Assembly (NCBI RefSeq): GCF_036321535.1
Contig: NC_087436.1
Coordinates: 108,998,001-109,062,000 of the forward strand
Length of the DNA stretch: 64,000 nt
Source of the DNA: Camelus dromedarius
Taxonomy: Eukaryota
Direction: 5' to 3'
In this document: piece by piece, positions 52,222 to 64,000 of the stretch
Position numbering within the stretch: the first letter of the stretch is position 1
Layout: each line of letters begins with the position of its first letter
Program-made: the position numbers and the translations under genes
Notes under the pieces: generated by a model
What the model saw: only the letters and a program-made list of their open reading frames with translations
The model's database searches: none
What the model was told of the DNA's origin: nothing

Positions 52222-52293
52222 AGTAATCGAAGAGACTTCAATCCATCGAAGGTTCGAGGAGGAAGACATCTCAGACGGTTGTAACTAAGAATT
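52222..52293 (-). CDS. SLIT2: SLIT2 exon (~24), single LRR
   Basis: 72 nt; ttcag|A...CT|gtaagc; [24 protein letters not shown]. Confidence 0.96.
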
Positions 52294-52778
52294 CTGAAAG
52301 CACACATAAGCTGATTTGTTTTACTCAGGTATCCCCCAAATAGCCAAATGTCATTTAAAAAAATAAAGCAGTTAAGAAAAGGGTCATTATAGCATGTTAT
52401 ACACTGAGAATACTGACACATAACATTTCTGCATCTTTGTGTTGTTTCACTATTACAATGTATTTATTTCTAAATACATTCTAGAATGCTTCCTACCCCT
52501 GAGGACACGCTGATGTCTCAGCTGTGTCCTCTGTAAGATGACTTTCTCCAGAAGTCTATCTTAAAGATTTCTCTAAACCCCACCACAAATGTAAATTATT
52601 CTTTGTTTCTCTTATAGACCCCAACACTTTTTGTAGTATCTGTATTTGTTGGTTTACTTAAGTTTTATTCGTCTGTTTCTCCCAACACTATTAACATTCC
52701 TTGAGTGCAGAGACTGTCTTTTCTACTAGGACCGTCCAATGAACTGATGAATACTCAGGACCACACTTTCATACTCAC

Positions 52779-52850
52779 AAGGTGAGGAGCTGGGTCATGT
52801 TGCTGAAGCTCTGATTAGACAGGGTGCTGATTCGGTTGTTACTTAAGTCT
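52779..52850 (-). CDS. SLIT2: SLIT2 exon (~23), single LRR
   Basis: 72 nt; ttttag|A...TT|gtgagt; [24 protein letters not shown]. Confidence 0.96.
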
Positions 52851-55457
52851 CTAAAAGAGAAAAAGAAAGACATGGAGTCTGCTGTTACCATGAGTCATTC
52901 TTAGAAAGGGAAGGTTCTTCTTGCTCACAGTCAAAGCAGCGCTAGGACTCAGCTTTCATCTGAAAGTAACACCACACTGGGCAGACTGCAGCCTTCTTCA
53001 TGACTACTCACGCCCCCGCCTGCTGAAATTAGAAGCGACCAAGTGCTTTGGCTAGTGAAGTATGGGCATCAGTTCTGGTTTCACCTCAGAACAGAAGCTT
53101 TAGCGCGAGCTAATTCTGTCCCTCTCCTCCCTCCTCTGCAAGGCTCTTGATGTCCCACAGAGGTCCTGCCTGCTGCCTGGACCCCAGAGCAAAGACAGGC
53201 GGAGGCCACTCACAGCCGACACATTTATAGGTGAGAAATAAACCTCTGTTCTTGAAAGTTCCACCGATGGCACATACTTTTTCATTGACGCATACAAAGA
53301 CTCAAACAGGGTAATGGAAAGAATCCCTTATTTAATTACGTTAACAACGCCGTCGTTAATAGTAACACCATGATTAAACACTTGGCCTATGGCAAAGTCA
53401 CTAGCACGTAGTTGGTCCTCAGTAAATGTCTGTTCAATAAATAATAAGTAAATGAGAGAAATGTGGATTTTTTTTTAACCAATGCTAAATGGATATTTAT
53501 AAGTGTACTTTGTACTACAGGTTGTAATTTATATTCAGTGAACTAATTTTTATTATATGTATTATATGTGTGAAATATATATGTAATATGGCATGCAATA
53601 ATAATGTTATAAATATAATACTATAATATAATATATAATAACATGTAATGACATACATGTTTCGTATTTTGCTTTAGACAAAAGTTAGCGAATATATACA
53701 TATACACACTCATGTAGTTACGGCAATGTGACACATATTAGTGAATATTCACTAAATTTTACCTAAAGCAAGATGCCAAATATATGACTAAAAGGAAGAT
53801 TCATAAATAAATGGAACATCATGGGTTGTGATTTGGGTTCATTTATGTCTGTTGTGTATTTATGTTCACTATATTTTTTTCTGAAGCAAAATATGTGAAT
53901 AAATGCAAGATACAGAAGAGCTGCTGAAGGTTATCCATTCCTTTATTAAAATACCAAAATGTCAGTAAAATGGACCAAAGAAATTGTGAAATGGTGGGGA
54001 AGTTAGAGCAGCTGAGCTGTACCATCCATCTTCTTAGCTGCTGAGGTACTCAAGCTAAATTTAAAAAATGAATAAATACATCAACGCTAGCAGAAATTAC
54101 TTGCCTAGAGTTGTATGCTGAGTCACTGGTAAAATCATTTCTGGACCTACAGATTCTTTTTTCATTTCCAAACTGGTTTTAACTAATGACATGCTGTCCC
54201 ACAAATGACCCAATGCTGCTAAAGTGACCCTTTGGAAATTGCAGCAATTTAATGGTTTATTTAACAGAACAAATGTATGTAATCAGTTCTTGCTGCTATT
54301 AAATAAACAACTAGGGGCAGAACAAGATTTTTTAGAGGATATTCTTTTTTCTTAACTTAGTCATTTGTCATTTAAACAGTCCTATATACTTCCCACAGAG
54401 GGTTTGATTTTCACACACATTTAAGAAAAACTGAAAATGCTCAACAGCATTTTAACTAACCTCCAAGTGCTTAGGGTAAAGTTTACAATGAGAAACATGA
54501 CATTTTCTGTTACCTAGGTTTCCATTCACGAATTAGGCATAAACCCCCTTTTCTGGGAATACTAGAAATCTAAGACAGTCATATTTACTCTAAAATCAGA
54601 TAGACTTAAAGACAAAGTATTTCCTTTCATATCCACTATTGCTGCTGATTTTTTTGTTTTGTGACAAGTTTCCTTGTTTACCAACAATGCTACTCTAAGA
54701 GTGACATTACATACAGTAAGATTCTATCGTTTTAAAAATACTGTGCACATAACCAGATTGAAATGAAATGTTTGCATGTTTAAATATAATCTAGTATCTA
54801 CAAGTTAAAAACTGTAAAAAACTGCTTACATACATTAATGAAAGAAAGATGCTATGTTAGGAGGACATCAAAACAGACTGATAAAAACAACTCAATGTTT
54901 TGACATTTATACTCAGAATGTCAGCATCTTTGTCAAGTTTATTCACACACTACATATGCAAATATGGATTTTATAAAATTTTAATACTGGAATCCCTTTA
55001 TTAATTCATGAATTATATAAGTGAATCAAGCCTAGTAAACTAGATTTCCAATACATTTTCAGTAAAGGTTTTACCATCTGCTATGTTTTGCTTAAAGTCA
55101 ATAATAACATTGTTTCCCATCCTTCTTTCCTTGGATTCTCATAAAATCACCCATATTCATCCTCAATAGCATTCTCTAGCATACTGCATTTCTACAATTC
55201 TCCGATACTTAGACTTAATCATATTTACACTTCGAATAGAGGAGGGCCTTTTTCTAAGGCGCGCCCTTGTCTGACTGATATTCAATGAAGATGTAGCCAG
55301 TGATCCAGAACCTCAGTGAGCAAGAAAGGAGGCATCTAACTGAAATGGATTTGTATTACCTGAAAGGCTCGCTAAATCTTCTGCCCCTTGCTATCCCCAC
55401 TTTCCTGAAACAGAATAAGAAGTCAAAGATGGAAAAATACAATTATACATTACTCAC

Positions 55458-55526
55458 ATAAGTGTTAGATGCTTGTAGTTGGAGAGTTCCTTAGGAACCA
55501 GTGTAAATTGGTTCCCATCCAGATAC
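55458..55526 (-). CDS. SLIT2: SLIT2 exon (~22), single LRR
   Basis: 69 nt; ttag|G...AT|gtgagt; [23 protein letters not shown]. Confidence 0.96.
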
Positions 55527-58500
55527 CTAAAAACAAGGAAACAATATTATCTTTTTGAAAGTTAACAGTTATGAATCATAAAATAATTGAATAATATATC
55601 AGTCAAATGGAAGCAAGGAAACACTTGGTAATTTTGGCCTTAAGATGTCATATTTTTAGCGAAGATTGCTATTTAAAAGAAGTAAAGGAAAAAAGACCAC
55701 AGTTGCCCAAAAGAGTAGAATTCTTTTGTGGATTACTTAGGCTAAATTATAAAACCAAGGAGAAACTGATGAGTCAGTTCTTTGTGGTTTATCTAAGGAG
55801 GCAAGGCACATATCCAACCATTTGTGTGTCAGCAAGAAGGGTCATTCAATCAACCATACTTTTAGTCACCTTCAGTTCACTTGTGTTTATGTGGAAACAA
55901 CACCACGCAATGCATTCACTATTGGCAGAAACTTGCTACCGCCGGCAAGAGTAATCTCTATCACCTTAATACGTATTAATACACTTGGTCAATAACAATG
56001 AACGGTTCAAACGATATACTTGGGAATTTTAATGTCATTAGATTTCAGTTTAAAAAAAATCTTAAAAATAGTTTTTACCCTTGTATATCTGCTTGGTGAT
56101 ATTAATTTTAGGAGAGTTCATAGAAAATCACAACATTTATCAAGCACACAAATATAGCAAATAGATGTAAAAATAATAATCAAATCACCCTATATAAGTA
56201 AAATTTCCCTTTCTGATTAGAGTCAGCAGAGTAATCAGAAAATAGAGACTTTGGGCTAACAAGCAAGACACAAAAATAAATGAGTTCTTAAAGTTATATC
56301 CATGATATCACAAAAAGAAAAGTAATTCCATCTCCTCCCAAGGCTGTCTTTCCCCGAATATAGATGATGAAGGGTAAAAATGTCTTTCAGTGACTTGGGG
56401 CGTCTGGTTACAGACGTGCCCACAAACAATGCTGTCACATCGGACACATGGCCCCTCCTGCCCAGCGTCGTGGACCATCTTCAGATCCAATTGGGGTTGA
56501 GGTTAGTACTTTTGCTAGATGTGGAAGTAGCTGAGAAACTGCATAAGATAACAATCTATTGCAAACATTTCAAAACGAGAAAAGTTATACAAAAGACACA
56601 AGTTATCAAAATATGTAAAAATATGTGATTTAAGAGTCAGGCTTTTGTTATGACTTCTTAACATCTATTCAAATTTTCTGACTTCACATTTCGACTCCTC
56701 TCGCTCCTTTCTTTTCTCTAGATAAGAATTTCTTGGTACCACTAGAGGGAAGCATAACCCCACATACTGCAGCACCTTTCCCTTTATTCCAGAAAACATC
56801 ACATTGCAAAGCTAAAAAGATTCAGAATGTACTCTATGGATGCTTACATGTAAATCAATCGAAGAGGGGAATTATATGGAACTGATTAAAAATAATAGAT
56901 ACCATCTGTTCAAAATTGTCCACCACTACATACTTATTTGTGCCAAATTCTTTAATAATTTAATATATTATGCACATGGACATTTTCTAATACATGCATA
57001 TATGTTACTGGAGAGAGGGATCCTGCTGACTTGGTATGGTTCTAAGAATAAGCTCTTGGGGAGGTAAAGCTAAAATTCACAAGAGATGAGCTAATATTTT
57101 CCTCTTCTCTGAGACATATTTTCTTTAGATAAAAGAATTACTTTGGAAAATTTGTAGAGGAATAGATTGAAGATTCCACTATCTGACAAATGAAACATGT
57201 AGATGGCACAGACAAATGAATCGAGAAGGTTCTCGGATGAATAAGGAAATTGAAAGATGTTCGAAATTATTTGCTGGGAATCAGGTAAAAAGACGAAGGC
57301 ATGGGCCAAGAAGAAGGGATTTAGCATCAAAGATGATCTAAATGTTACACTGAGTATTACATTCTTGGCTGGGGTGTTCTTAGAGTCGATGTTTTGCATA
57401 CAGAATACTCTACAGGCATCTAGCTTCCGACACTGAATGGAGGGTAATCTTCTGAAATAAATGCATATCAAAATGAGAATTAAGAATTTAACCACACACA
57501 CATATAAAGCAGTGCTGATAGTTACCTAACAAGTGTGATTGGCAGCAAGAGAGAGAAACTGAGCACTTCACAACAGTTCAGAACCAAAAGGGAAGATCAC
57601 ATACTTTTTCTCTATTCAAGACCAAATTAGAATTTGTAAAACTGAGCATGATTTGCAAGTAAGTTCCTTGATAACTGAAGTGACCTCTTCTTGAACCTCA
57701 CTGCCTGTGTTCCAGGTTGCCAAAAGTTTATCTAAGCGGCTCGTTCAGAACCCTTGTACAGTTGTGCATGAATTACAGGTACACGGCTTCATGACTTAGA
57801 CATTTGATACATGGTTTCATGCAGTCAAAAAATAAACAGAGGCCAAACGACTCAGTGGTATATCAGGCATTTGTCCATGGTCCTCAGTGCACAGACAAAG
57901 GATCGGAAGGGAGCCTGCATGCTCTGACTTCATTCCACATGAAGCATGAGGCAGCTAAGGAAGTGTGCGTGGTGCTCAGTATCCCATATGTGTAAATTGG
58001 CCATGTAATTTGTGGTTAAATATCAGTTTTGAAAATGTTAGGGATAACTGGCCCCACATCCTTTACGACCTAAAGGACTCTGATTCAAGTCCAAAGGGCA
58101 ATATCGCTTTTTAAAGGTAAAGATTATGTCAGCTTCTTCCACATCCTCCATATTTATGCATCCCTTGGGCTAAGATATTCTCCATGGTGACATGTGGTGA
58201 AGAATAATTAACCATATGAAACATCCCAGACACTGTAGATAAACTAAATATATAGCATTTCTCAAGGTGCACATGAGGGAACATTGCTCTTGTAGGGGAG
58301 GCCACGAGAAAAGGCTTATGGAGGTGAGTAAGGGCAGAGTGTGGGAGCTACCTCCGAGCTTACACCCTCCTCCCCGGAGTTGCACAGTGCACCTTAGCGT
58401 CCTAAAGGCCCTGAGAAATCCTACAGTGAAGAGAGAAACACAATCAGTACTTCCCAAGGGTACCTGAATTTGCTTTTACATTATTTGTTTAGGGTTTTAC

Positions 58501-58633
58501 CTGATACTAATGAATGGATTAGAGAATGAATGTAACTTGTAAAAAGGACTCAAAAGATTTTTGTTTGGTCTCCATTTCCCTTGGCGTGTGAAACAGTAAT
58601 CGTTCAGGAAGAGCAAAGACAAGCACTACTTAC

Positions 58634-58766
58634 AATTCAGTGACGTCTCTTGGAATGCCTTTGGGCAAGACCTTCAGGCCTTTGTTGCTACATCGGACCA
58701 CTGTGTCCAAGCAGGTACACTCCGTAGGACAGCGAGAGAGTGGGGAACAACTGTTGTCATCATTTC
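58634..58766 (-). CDS. SLIT2: SLIT2 exon (~21), LRR-NT cap of domain 4
   Basis: 133 nt; ttag|G...TT|gtaagt; [45 protein letters not shown]. Confidence 0.97.
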
Positions 58767-59657
58767 CTAAATTGCCAAAAGAGATACAGGAAAATGCAGA
58801 TTTGTGGCTTGGGAGATGCTCGAAGGGCTTTTACACCTTTAGCTTAACCAACGCAAGAGTCTTGAGCCTAACTTACATACAGGGCATTCAGTATTCACAA
58901 ACAGACACCACACGTTCTGGGTAGGACTGTTTTCAGACTGCCTAGGGCAGAAGTCCAAAACACAATTCCCTTTGTATTATCAATACAATTATAATGTTAT
59001 GTTCTTTTTTGCCATTATTTATACAAATTATATTTTTATTTAGAATATGTAAATGTAAACTGAATTATGGAGACACTGTAAGGAGACAGACATGAAGAGA
59101 CAAAGGGACAGATTACTTTAAAATGTTTAGCAAAAAGTGTAAGGGCCTCTCATGTTAAAATATAAGGCTCAAATGAGCCCTTCACTTACTGGCAACAATA
59201 ACAGAACCCCCTGTACCCACATTACAGAGCTATTCTGAGAAGCAAGTGCGATGATATAGAGAGAGTATTAAAAAGTGAAAACTATTGTTTTTGTTAAGTT
59301 AACTAGAATTTCTATTTTAGAAATCAGTTGCTTTTATCATCTAAAGTGGCAGTTCCTAAAAGAGATGCTTAGAATAATAAAGAAAATTAAAACCAAAGCT
59401 GTATAAACAGTATCAGCCACAAGTTGGAAGATTTTCTAAAACACTCAGAAGCACACGTCAAGCAGAGTTAGGTGTGAAAGTACAGTCTGAGCAAGTAAGG
59501 GCCCTGCTGCTAAAACAAAACAAAACAACACAACAAAGCAAAAAATGCACAATAACTATCTATTGCCTGAACTGTGATATCCTGTCTAGCAGCACCCACA
59601 GCATCAGAACAGTCACCGCAGGGTCTGGTCACCAGCCATCTGGCCAGGCTTTCTTAC

Positions 59658-59824
59658 CATCATCGCACGTGAAGTCTTGGATGGCAACATCCTGGATGGG
59701 GATCTCTTTGAGAAAGTAGGGTTTCTGACATCGAGGATTTCCCGTTACAATTCTTTTCTTCCTGAGCCATTCTCCCAACCAAGCCAGGTAGCAGTTACAG
59801 TTAAAAGGATTGGCCAAGAGGTTT
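59658..59824 (-). CDS. SLIT2: SLIT2 exon (~20), LRR-CT cap of domain 3
   Basis: 167 nt; ttag|A...G|gtaaga; [55 protein letters not shown]. Confidence 0.97.
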
Positions 59825-61356
59825 CTAAGCACCATATGCAAACAATGCAGAGTTGAGTTTAGGGGTTTGTGTTCCCACTTCTCAAAACCCCATGCTACCA
59901 TGTTCCCACACCATACCTGTTGGAATGATTCCTTCTTTGTCTTTGTATTCACCCCACCTCCTATCCATTCACCCCACCTCCGATCCATGATCAGTCACAC
60001 ACAATTGGGATGCATTCTTTGGCTACAGTATTTATGTTTGGAACTTAAAAAATAAAATTTTCATACAAGAATTCTTCAAATAATTTCATATGAAAAATAA
60101 ATTGAAGGCGGTAATTCAGGGTTGGTGCCGTGGATCCTGACAGATACCTCATTTAGAGATCATTTAAATGTGTCAGAGATCTGACTTGCTGTCAAACTTC
60201 CCTACACTGATAATGCAGTAATTTAATATAAAGATGAAGGCTGATTACCTTATATTATTGAGTTTAACCTGACAACAGCTATTTCATTAATTTGTCATTT
60301 CAAGATTTCCATCTCTTATTTGCTCCAGAGAATAGGTTTCCCATCTAAACTGACAGCTGAGTTGATTAAATGCCAGTTATAAAAATGAATTTACTTCTCC
60401 AAATCTCAATACTTTTGGCATCTCACCACTTCAGCACAAACCTATCGACAATTCCATTATTTATAAACATGCCATCTTTAATATGCACAAATTAGTCACT
60501 CGATGTAAAATGTCACATTTTATGTGGAAAGAGGGTTAAGTACTTTACTGATGGATGGATGCTTCCTTCCCATTATTTCTTCAGGGACTTCAGCTATGTT
60601 GAACATGACTTTTTCCCCCTTCTAACTACCTTTTCCATTATATTAGTATATTTAGATGCCGCCATTACCAGAAAATCATATGAGTTATAAGATTCACCAT
60701 TTCAAACACTGCTTTTTAGATACTGACAAACAAAGGGCCTGAAATACTTGGAGAGTTTGTTTGTTGACACTTTCTGAATTCTGTCCGTAGACTTAACAAA
60801 TATTCTTTATTGTCCAGCAGTTTACATAAAACGTCCTCTTGGATGAGCTCAGCCTGTTTCTTTAATACCTTCCTAAATATCATAGTAAATGCCCTCTAGT
60901 GAGCTTTTATTGTTGGTCTGGTCATCCTGATACATCTCCTGTCATTGCGAATGATCCTTCTGAGCACAGTTGGTTGGCAATAACCCTATCAACTCTGTTT
61001 TTTTATGATACTTATGCTGCAAAGACTCCAATGGAAAAACACTGGGGAAAATCTACAACATTTCTTTTATTTACAACTCAATCAAATTACAATAAGATTA
61101 GCATGTATAAATTAAGCCACATCACATTATTCTAAGAAATAATTGATGGAAAAAACACTGTAACTTTAATATAGGATGGTAGGCAATATTTTTAGGAAAA
61201 AATTTAAGGCAGTTTAACATGAACGAATTTGTCCTTTAAAAAAAAAACCCTAAGTCCTTGATCACATTTTTATGAAATGCTTAGTAATGTATTAAAATGT
61301 TATCAATAAAAAGTAACAAATATAATGAATAAATAAAGACTATTTCTCATACTTAC

Positions 61357-61500
61357 AGAGTAGATAAAGAATGGAGAGTATCAAAAGCCCCTGGTGCAAT
61401 CGTCGTAATTTGATTATCGTATAAAGAAAGCAGACGCACAGAACTGAGTCCTATGAAACTGTCGTTCCCTACACAGCTTATGCGATTACTCCTTAACATC
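61357..61500 (-). CDS. SLIT2: SLIT2 exon (~19), two LRRs of domain 3
   Basis: 144 nt; cctcag|G...CT|gtaagt; [48 protein letters not shown]. Confidence 0.96.
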
Positions 61501-61650
61501 CTGAGGGGAAAAAATACAAGGTCGTTACAGAAAAAGCACCAGGCAATCCATTTGCCTAGCTAAAGACCAAACCCCTCTTTGCCAACGTGTAGCTTTCATT
61601 TTTCTAATTTTGGAATGTTCTCTTGTCATTAGGATTGGCTGTGATATGTA

Positions 61651-61777
61651 CAGTCACCCCTGGGTGTCCCTGGGGGATTGATTGCAGGTACCAAAACCCA
61701 CAGGGCCTCCAGATGTGCGGTTCCACATTCACCGCGGATGTGCGAATGCAGGGCCCTCAGATATGGAGAACGGGCTG
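61651..61777 (+). mobile_element. Short TcMar-Tigger MITE (MER2-like)
   Basis: TA|cagtcacccctgggtgtccctgggggattg...cctcagatatggagaacgggctg; degenerate TIRs. Confidence 0.6.
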
Positions 61778-63230
61778 TTTTGAGAACCTTGTGCAAGATA
61801 AGATGCTTAGAGTTGTCAATGATGATGCTCAGTTACAAAAACTCATGAGCCTCAGCATGAATTTCCAACCCCATCTAAGGAGGGTAGAACGTTTCCTTTG
61901 ATGCTACAATTCTGTCTGCATGATGACATAGTGTAACTAACTCACCTACAGCTCCCTAAGCCCTTGAAGCCCTGTGATTTATGTATTCATGGTAGCATTA
62001 CATTTGCTGCTGAACAGAAAGGAGGCAGAAAAGAATCAATAGTCACCACAGATGAAGAATTGAGGGCGTCTCAGGGACTTACAGCCAAGTTAACGTCAAC
62101 ACGGGACAGGGGAGCCAAACCTGACTGACCTTCTCAAAGTCTGCACAAATTATTTTATTTGTTTTGAGTTTAGAACTTAGACGGAGGCAATAGTTAAGAG
62201 ATCCCAGGTGTTCAGGATGAAGTTTAAATAGGCTTCTCTTGAAAAAATTCTGACTTTTTTTTTTTGTTTAGTCATTGCCATTAATAGGATTAACACGTTT
62301 GTCATTTCCTCATCGTTGCTAAACTTCTGGCTGGTTCTCAGTTTTTTCCCCGATCTGTTTATTTGTGGGGCTTAGAAAAGGCACAGAAAGCTTCTTAAAA
62401 TCCCGTATAAAAATGGATAATTGGCATGCATTTTATTCAGAATTGCTGAAAAGTCATTATTTTCCTTAATTCTTCTAGACGTGGGTTGACCATACTCCTG
62501 GAAGAATGCAACAATAACAAAGTGTTCCTTCAAAATTCTACACTGCCCTTTCATAAATAAGAAATCTCAGCTTTTGCGTTCTGCGAAGTCACAGATAACA
62601 AGAAAGGATGACGCCCTCCTTATCATGGCATCGTTTTACCTTGGGAAACCAACGCACAACAGAAAAATTTTCCTATCAGCCTTAGCCCTTGCCATAAATA
62701 ATTCAGAACATTTGGTCTTAATCTTGTTGGAGTCACAGACTCCTGAAAGAAGTTGAAAAAAAGCTTTGCTTTCTGTCGCTGGAAAAATCCATAAGCACAC
62801 ATATGTACCACATTTTGCCTGCAAATGCTGGGGCTTCAAAGACCGACTGCAATGTGTACAGGAACCCCTGAGAGGTTTACGAGTCCTAAAGGGTTGAGAG
62901 GTCCACAGGCAGTGAGGGGTTCTTGTCAACATCTTTAGAGATCCAAGCTGAAAGATACCACTTAGGGCAATAGCTGCGTCCCAGTAAAGCTGCTGCAGGC
63001 CTTTCGATGTCCCCAGCTTCGCCCTAAATGCTCTCTGAAGCTGCACGTGGCACTAGGATTAAGGAGAGAGCCCGTGGGTGCCTGTCTCAGGTGCTGAAAA
63101 CAGAAGAGGTACAAAAACACTGCTAGAAATATAATGAGGCAGAAAGCTGAATTTAGAGAACTTGTCTCAGGGAGAGCCTTGCGAATGGACCTAGTCAGAA
63201 AAAAATACTTTGATAAACTCTTCGGGGCAG

Positions 63231-63599
63231 TGCCAGGGACAGAGCTGGGCCCCCCTGAAATTCGTATGTTGAAGTGCTTGGCCCCACTGTGGGTGCATTT
63301 GGAGATGGATCCTGGGGGGAGGTAGCGGTGGTGAAATGAGGCCCTGATCTCACAGGACGGGTGTCCCCAGACGAAGGGACCCCGAGCTCTCTTCTCCCGC
63401 ACACGGAGGAGAGGCCATGTAAGGCCACGGCCAGCAGCAGGCCAGCTACAAGCCAGGAAAAGCATCCTCACAGCACCAGCCCTCTCAGCGCCCTCATCTT
63501 GGATGTCTAGTCTCCAGAAAAGTGAGCTCACATGTGGCTGCTGTTCAAGTCACCCGGCCTGGGGTCTGCTGCCGTGGCAGCTCAAGGCTGACTAATGCG
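63231..63599 (+). mobile_element. Solo MaLR LTR (MLT1A-like)
   Basis: aaattcgtatgttgaag...gaggccatgtaagg...ctacaagccagg...ctcatcttggatgtctagtctccaga; perfect 5-bp TSD GGCAG at 63226-30 and 63600-04. Confidence 0.85.
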
Positions 63600-64000
63600 G
63601 GCAGTTACAGGCCCACCCTCCCCCTCCCTGGACATACTCTGCCCCTCAAGGAGAAGGTTCTAGCAGCAACAGTCACTCAGCTCCTCGCTAAGAAGACAGG
63701 CTTCCCTTTGTTGCAGGATTTCTGTTTTGCTGAGCCTGGGGGAGGGGAACGGGGGCAGGAGTAGATGTCACCGCCTGTGGTGTGTCTCCTCTGCTCTCCT
63801 TCCACACACTCCTGTCTCCTCAACACAGAGACTGAAGGAATACTCGCATTGCATGTTGCATTTTGAAGGGACTCCGAGTTGGCCCGTGGGAGGGGTCAGC
63901 AGGCTGCAGGCTGGCTGTGTGGGATGGTCAGGCTCCAGGCTACCCTGCGAGGCTCAGGGAACACCTGCCCACTTTCCTGTGCAGAGGTGTGCGAGCAGGA

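Larger units (their letters stand above)
1..64000 (-). other. SLIT2: SLIT2 gene body (partial; window starts in ~intron 33 and ends in ~intron 18)
   Basis: 15 minus-strand exons with GT-AG ends join in frame (1860 nt) into a peptide matching vertebrate SLIT2, from [15 protein letters not shown] to [12 protein letters not shown]. Confidence 0.98.

Noticed and set aside
53738..53755. Perfect 18-bp palindrome ttagtgaatattcactaa
   Set aside because: Roughly expected by chance once in 64 kb of AT-rich DNA, and it sits in low-complexity sequence.
62962..63531. Longest listed ORF (189 aa) and the ORFs overlapping it
   Set aside because: It overlaps a GC-rich MLT1 LTR where stops are scarce, and has no recognisable domain.
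61501..64000. miR-218-1, known to be intronic in SLIT2
   Set aside because: I did not see the mature sequence TTGTGCTTGATCTAACCATGT; its host intron lies further upstream, beyond the right edge of the window.

Overview
This is AT-rich mammalian genomic DNA, not prokaryotic. The whole window lies inside the SLIT2 gene (slit guidance ligand 2), which runs on the minus strand. Fifteen constitutive coding exons (about exons 19-33 by analogy to the 37-exon human model, numbering from memory) splice through canonical GT-AG sites into one open frame of 1860 nt. They cover the end of LRR domain 3, LRR domain 4, EGF1-6 including the PR|TSP cleavage site, and the start of the laminin-G domain. The best hidden element is a 27-nt in-frame microexon (30748-30774, encoding AANLNEVEK) deep in a 16.5-kb intron. 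It is too short for the ORF track, has a neural-microexon-like 3' splice site, and would insert 9 residues into the C5-C6 loop of EGF3. Two Vic-1-type tRNA-derived SINEs and cetartiodactyl-type L1 3' ends suggest a camelid genome. The introns hold ordinary eutherian repeats (L1, L2, MIR, MLT1, LTR33, MER/Tigger, MamSINE1), named from recalled consensus sequences. Two local GC-rich patches look like GC-biased gene conversion scars. No CRISPR array, real tRNA/rRNA gene or novel multi-gene system is supported, and nearly all other listed ORFs are spurious.
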